A DNA stretch of 64,000 nucleotides from Pseudomonadota bacterium (GTDB lineage Bacteria; Myxococcota_A; UBA9042; GCA-2863065): assembly GCA_005776725.1 (NCBI GenBank), contig SXOO01000280.1, forward strand, positions 7,425 to 71,424, given 5' to 3'. Made by a program: the position numbers and the translations under genes. Positions 62,523 to 64,000 of the stretch are shown piece after piece. Each line of letters starts with the position of its first letter. Position 1 is the stretch's first letter. Under the pieces are notes generated by a model. That model did no database searches. It was not told the origin of the DNA and saw only the letters and a program-made list of their open reading frames with translations.

Positions 62523-62963
62523 ATGGTCCCACGTCTTCGTATCGCGCTCGTTGCGGTCCTCGCGCTCGCCTGTGGCGGCAACGAGTCCCCGGGGCAGCGG
62601 CTCCAGCACTCGGTGACCACCTTCAACCACGCGGTCCGGTGGGACAACCTCCCCATCGCGCAGGAGTTCGTGCCGGCTGACGAGCGGGACGCGTGGCTCA
62701 AGCGCCGCCGCAGGATCGCGGAGCGGGTCACCTTCCTCGACTACGAGATCGTGGAGGTCCGCCACATCGCCATGACGGCCACCGACGCCGAGGTGATCGT
62801 GACGCTCACTTGGACCCCCAAGACGTCGAACGTCGTGGAGACAACCCGCGTTCTCCAGTCGTGGCGCTACGTGGAGGACGAGAAGCGGTGGGAGCTCGCG
62901 AAGCAGGTCGAGTCCAAGGTCGACGAATCAGGCGATCCCGCCGACGATCCCGATCCGTTCTGA
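62523..62963 (+). CDS. small hypothetical lipoprotein
   Basis: Signal plus lipobox LALAC. The ATG follows the upstream stop directly. Confidence 0.5.
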   Translation: MVPRLRIALVAVLALACGGNESPGQRLQHSVTTFNHAVRWDNLPIAQEFVPADERDAWLKRRRRIAERVTFLDYEIVEVRHIAMTATDAEVIVTLTWTPKTSNVVETTRVLQSWRYVEDEKRWELAKQVESKVDESGDPADDPDPF

Positions 62964-63008
62964 GGTGTCCGCCTTGAAAAGCCCACGGGAAGCGGTTAGA
63001 CGGCGGCA

Positions 63009-63971
63009 ATGATGCTGGCACTCCTTCAGCCCGGCCTTCGACGCGCGCGGAGACTCCCCGCGCGTGAGACGGAGGAGCGCGCCTTGCGCCGGGCGATCCT
63101 GCTGGGGACCGTCGTCTTCCACCTCGCGCTCTTGGCCGCGGCGGTGGAGCTGAAGCCGCCCCCGGTCTTCACTCCGGTGCCTGAGCCCGTGCCCGTCTTC
63201 ACCATCCAGGAGATCACGGTCATCAACGAGCGGGAGGAGGACGAAGAGCGGGAGACGCCCGACGAGGAGGTCGCCTTCGTCGATCCCCCGGAGCCGCTCC
63301 GCGCCTTGCCGCTCCCTCACGCTCAGATTGCGGACCTGCCGTCGGGGCCCAGTATCGCGCTCCCGCAGCTTGTCCCCGTGGCCGCGCCCAGCCTGCGAGA
63401 GGGCTCCTCTTCGGCCCGATTGCGGGGCCTCTTCGCGCGCGACCACGCGGTGGCCACCCTCGCCATGTTGGGCACCGGCTCCGGCAACTCGCTCACGTCC
63501 CTGCAACACGACGAGCTGGTCGAAACGGCCGTGCTCAGCTCGGCGCTGGGTGGCGTGGTCGGGGGCGTGCCCACAGGCCTTCTGGCCGCGGGCGGCGGAG
63601 TCATTGGGGCCATTGGTTCTGGTTCGGGAGCGATCGGCGGGCTCACCGCCAGCGGTACGCTGTCCCAGGAGGACGATCTGCTTCGCCGCTACACGCAGCG
63701 GATCCGCGCCGCGATCCTCCGAGCCCGCGAGTACCCGGCCGCCGCCGAAGACGCCGGGCTCGAAGGCCGCGTGACCTTGAATGTCACCATCGACGGGGCC
63801 GGGACGATCCTCGAGGTCACGCTCGCGAAGAGCTCGGGTCACTCCGTGCTGGACGAGTCGCTCTTGGCTTCAGTGCGGCGCCTGGCGAACCTCCCGCACC
63901 CCCCACCGGAGCTCCAATGGGAGCGGAAGACCTTCAGAATCAGCGTCCACTTCGAGCTCGACGACCTGTGA
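63009..63971 (+). CDS. TonB-family energy transducer (C-terminal TonB domain)
   Basis: N-terminal TM segment, a Pro-rich linker, and a C-terminus of ...AEDAGLEGRVTLNVTIDGAGTILEVTLAKSSGHSVLDESLLASVRRL.... Confidence 0.7.
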   Translation: MMLALLQPGLRRARRLPARETEERALRRAILLGTVVFHLALLAAAVELKPPPVFTPVPEPVPVFTIQEITVINEREEDEERETPDEEVAFVDPPEPLRALPLPHAQIADLPSGPSIALPQLVPVAAPSLREGSSSARLRGLFARDHAVATLAMLGTGSGNSLTSLQHDELVETAVLSSALGGVVGGVPTGLLAAGGGVIGAIGSGSGAIGGLTASGTLSQEDDLLRRYTQRIRAAILRAREYPAAAEDAGLEGRVTLNVTIDGAGTILEVTLAKSSGHSVLDESLLASVRRLANLPHPPPELQWERKTFRISVHFELDDL

Positions 63972-64000
63972 CCGAGCCGCCGCCCTACACCTTGGACCGC

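Noticed and set aside
1-64000. CRISPR arrays, tRNA/rRNA genes, transposases/integrases
   Set aside because: No direct-repeat/spacer periodicity, no cloverleaf-like conserved tRNA boxes in intergenic gaps, and no DDE/Tyr-recombinase motifs in any frame.

Overview
This is a roughly 70% GC window with almost all genes on the + strand. Many start/stop pairs overlap by 4 nt (ATGA/GTGA), which suggests translational coupling. Several features point to Myxococcota: MYXO-CTERM-like sorting signals, Myxococcus-type Cys-rich repeats (CDDGNPCTxDxC), MopE-like Cys/Asp motifs, and many lipoproteins. The layout is as follows.

(1) 1-6.9 kb: a 5'-truncated LamG/Ig-like surface protein ending in a MYXO-CTERM signal, a CxxCH lipoprotein, a CotH-kinase-like lipoprotein, and a pentaheme cytochrome c.

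(2) 6.8-11.9 kb: an ancient tandem segmental duplication of about 2.5 kb. Each copy carries a 280-aa protein gene and a secreted TPR-like protein gene. A remnant of the cytochrome gene's 3' end sits at the duplication junction.

(3) 12.7-19.1 kb: an FGE-sulfatase-family gene followed by a 1754-aa Cys-rich/Gly-rich lipoprotein that contains an internal duplication.

(4) 19.2-24.7 kb, minus strand: an SbcC/Rad50-like ATPase with a zinc hook, translationally coupled to a DEVH-box helicase. There is no SbcD in view, and a Dam methylase is transcribed divergently.

(5) 24.9-31.8 kb, a redox neighbourhood: a Zn-ADH, a lipoprotein with three tandem DsbA domains (CPHC, CPFT, CPFS), a CPBP intramembrane protease, an apparent selenoprotein, and an MFS transporter. 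The selenoprotein is a TlpA/redoxin-fold lipoprotein whose catalytic motif is encoded as an in-frame TGA (UTSC, i.e. UxxC), followed by a SECIS-like hairpin.

(6) 33.6-50.8 kb, a three-gene coupled operon: a stand-alone beta-rich (barrel-like) protein, then two paralogous genes of about 2700 aa. Each giant protein has a signal peptide, MopE-like Cys motifs, a lamin-tail domain, about 40 thrombospondin-type-3-like Ca-binding repeats, an internal MYXO-CTERM-like segment immediately followed by an internal signal-peptide-like segment, then a domain homologous to the stand-alone upstream gene, TSP3 repeats and an OmpA peptidoglycan-binding domain. This looks like a fused surface-protein plus OmpA-anchor polyprotein, and it is the most striking candidate for a novel system in the window.

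(7) 51-64 kb: a polysaccharide locus (DUF3473 deacetylase, a GT4-phosphoglycosyltransferase fusion, an O-antigen-ligase-like protein, a glucose-1-P cytidylyltransferase, a Wzx-like flippase and lipoproteins), ending with a TonB-family protein.

No rRNA, tRNA, CRISPR or obvious mobile elements were found. All homology calls are made by eye from motifs, not from database searches.
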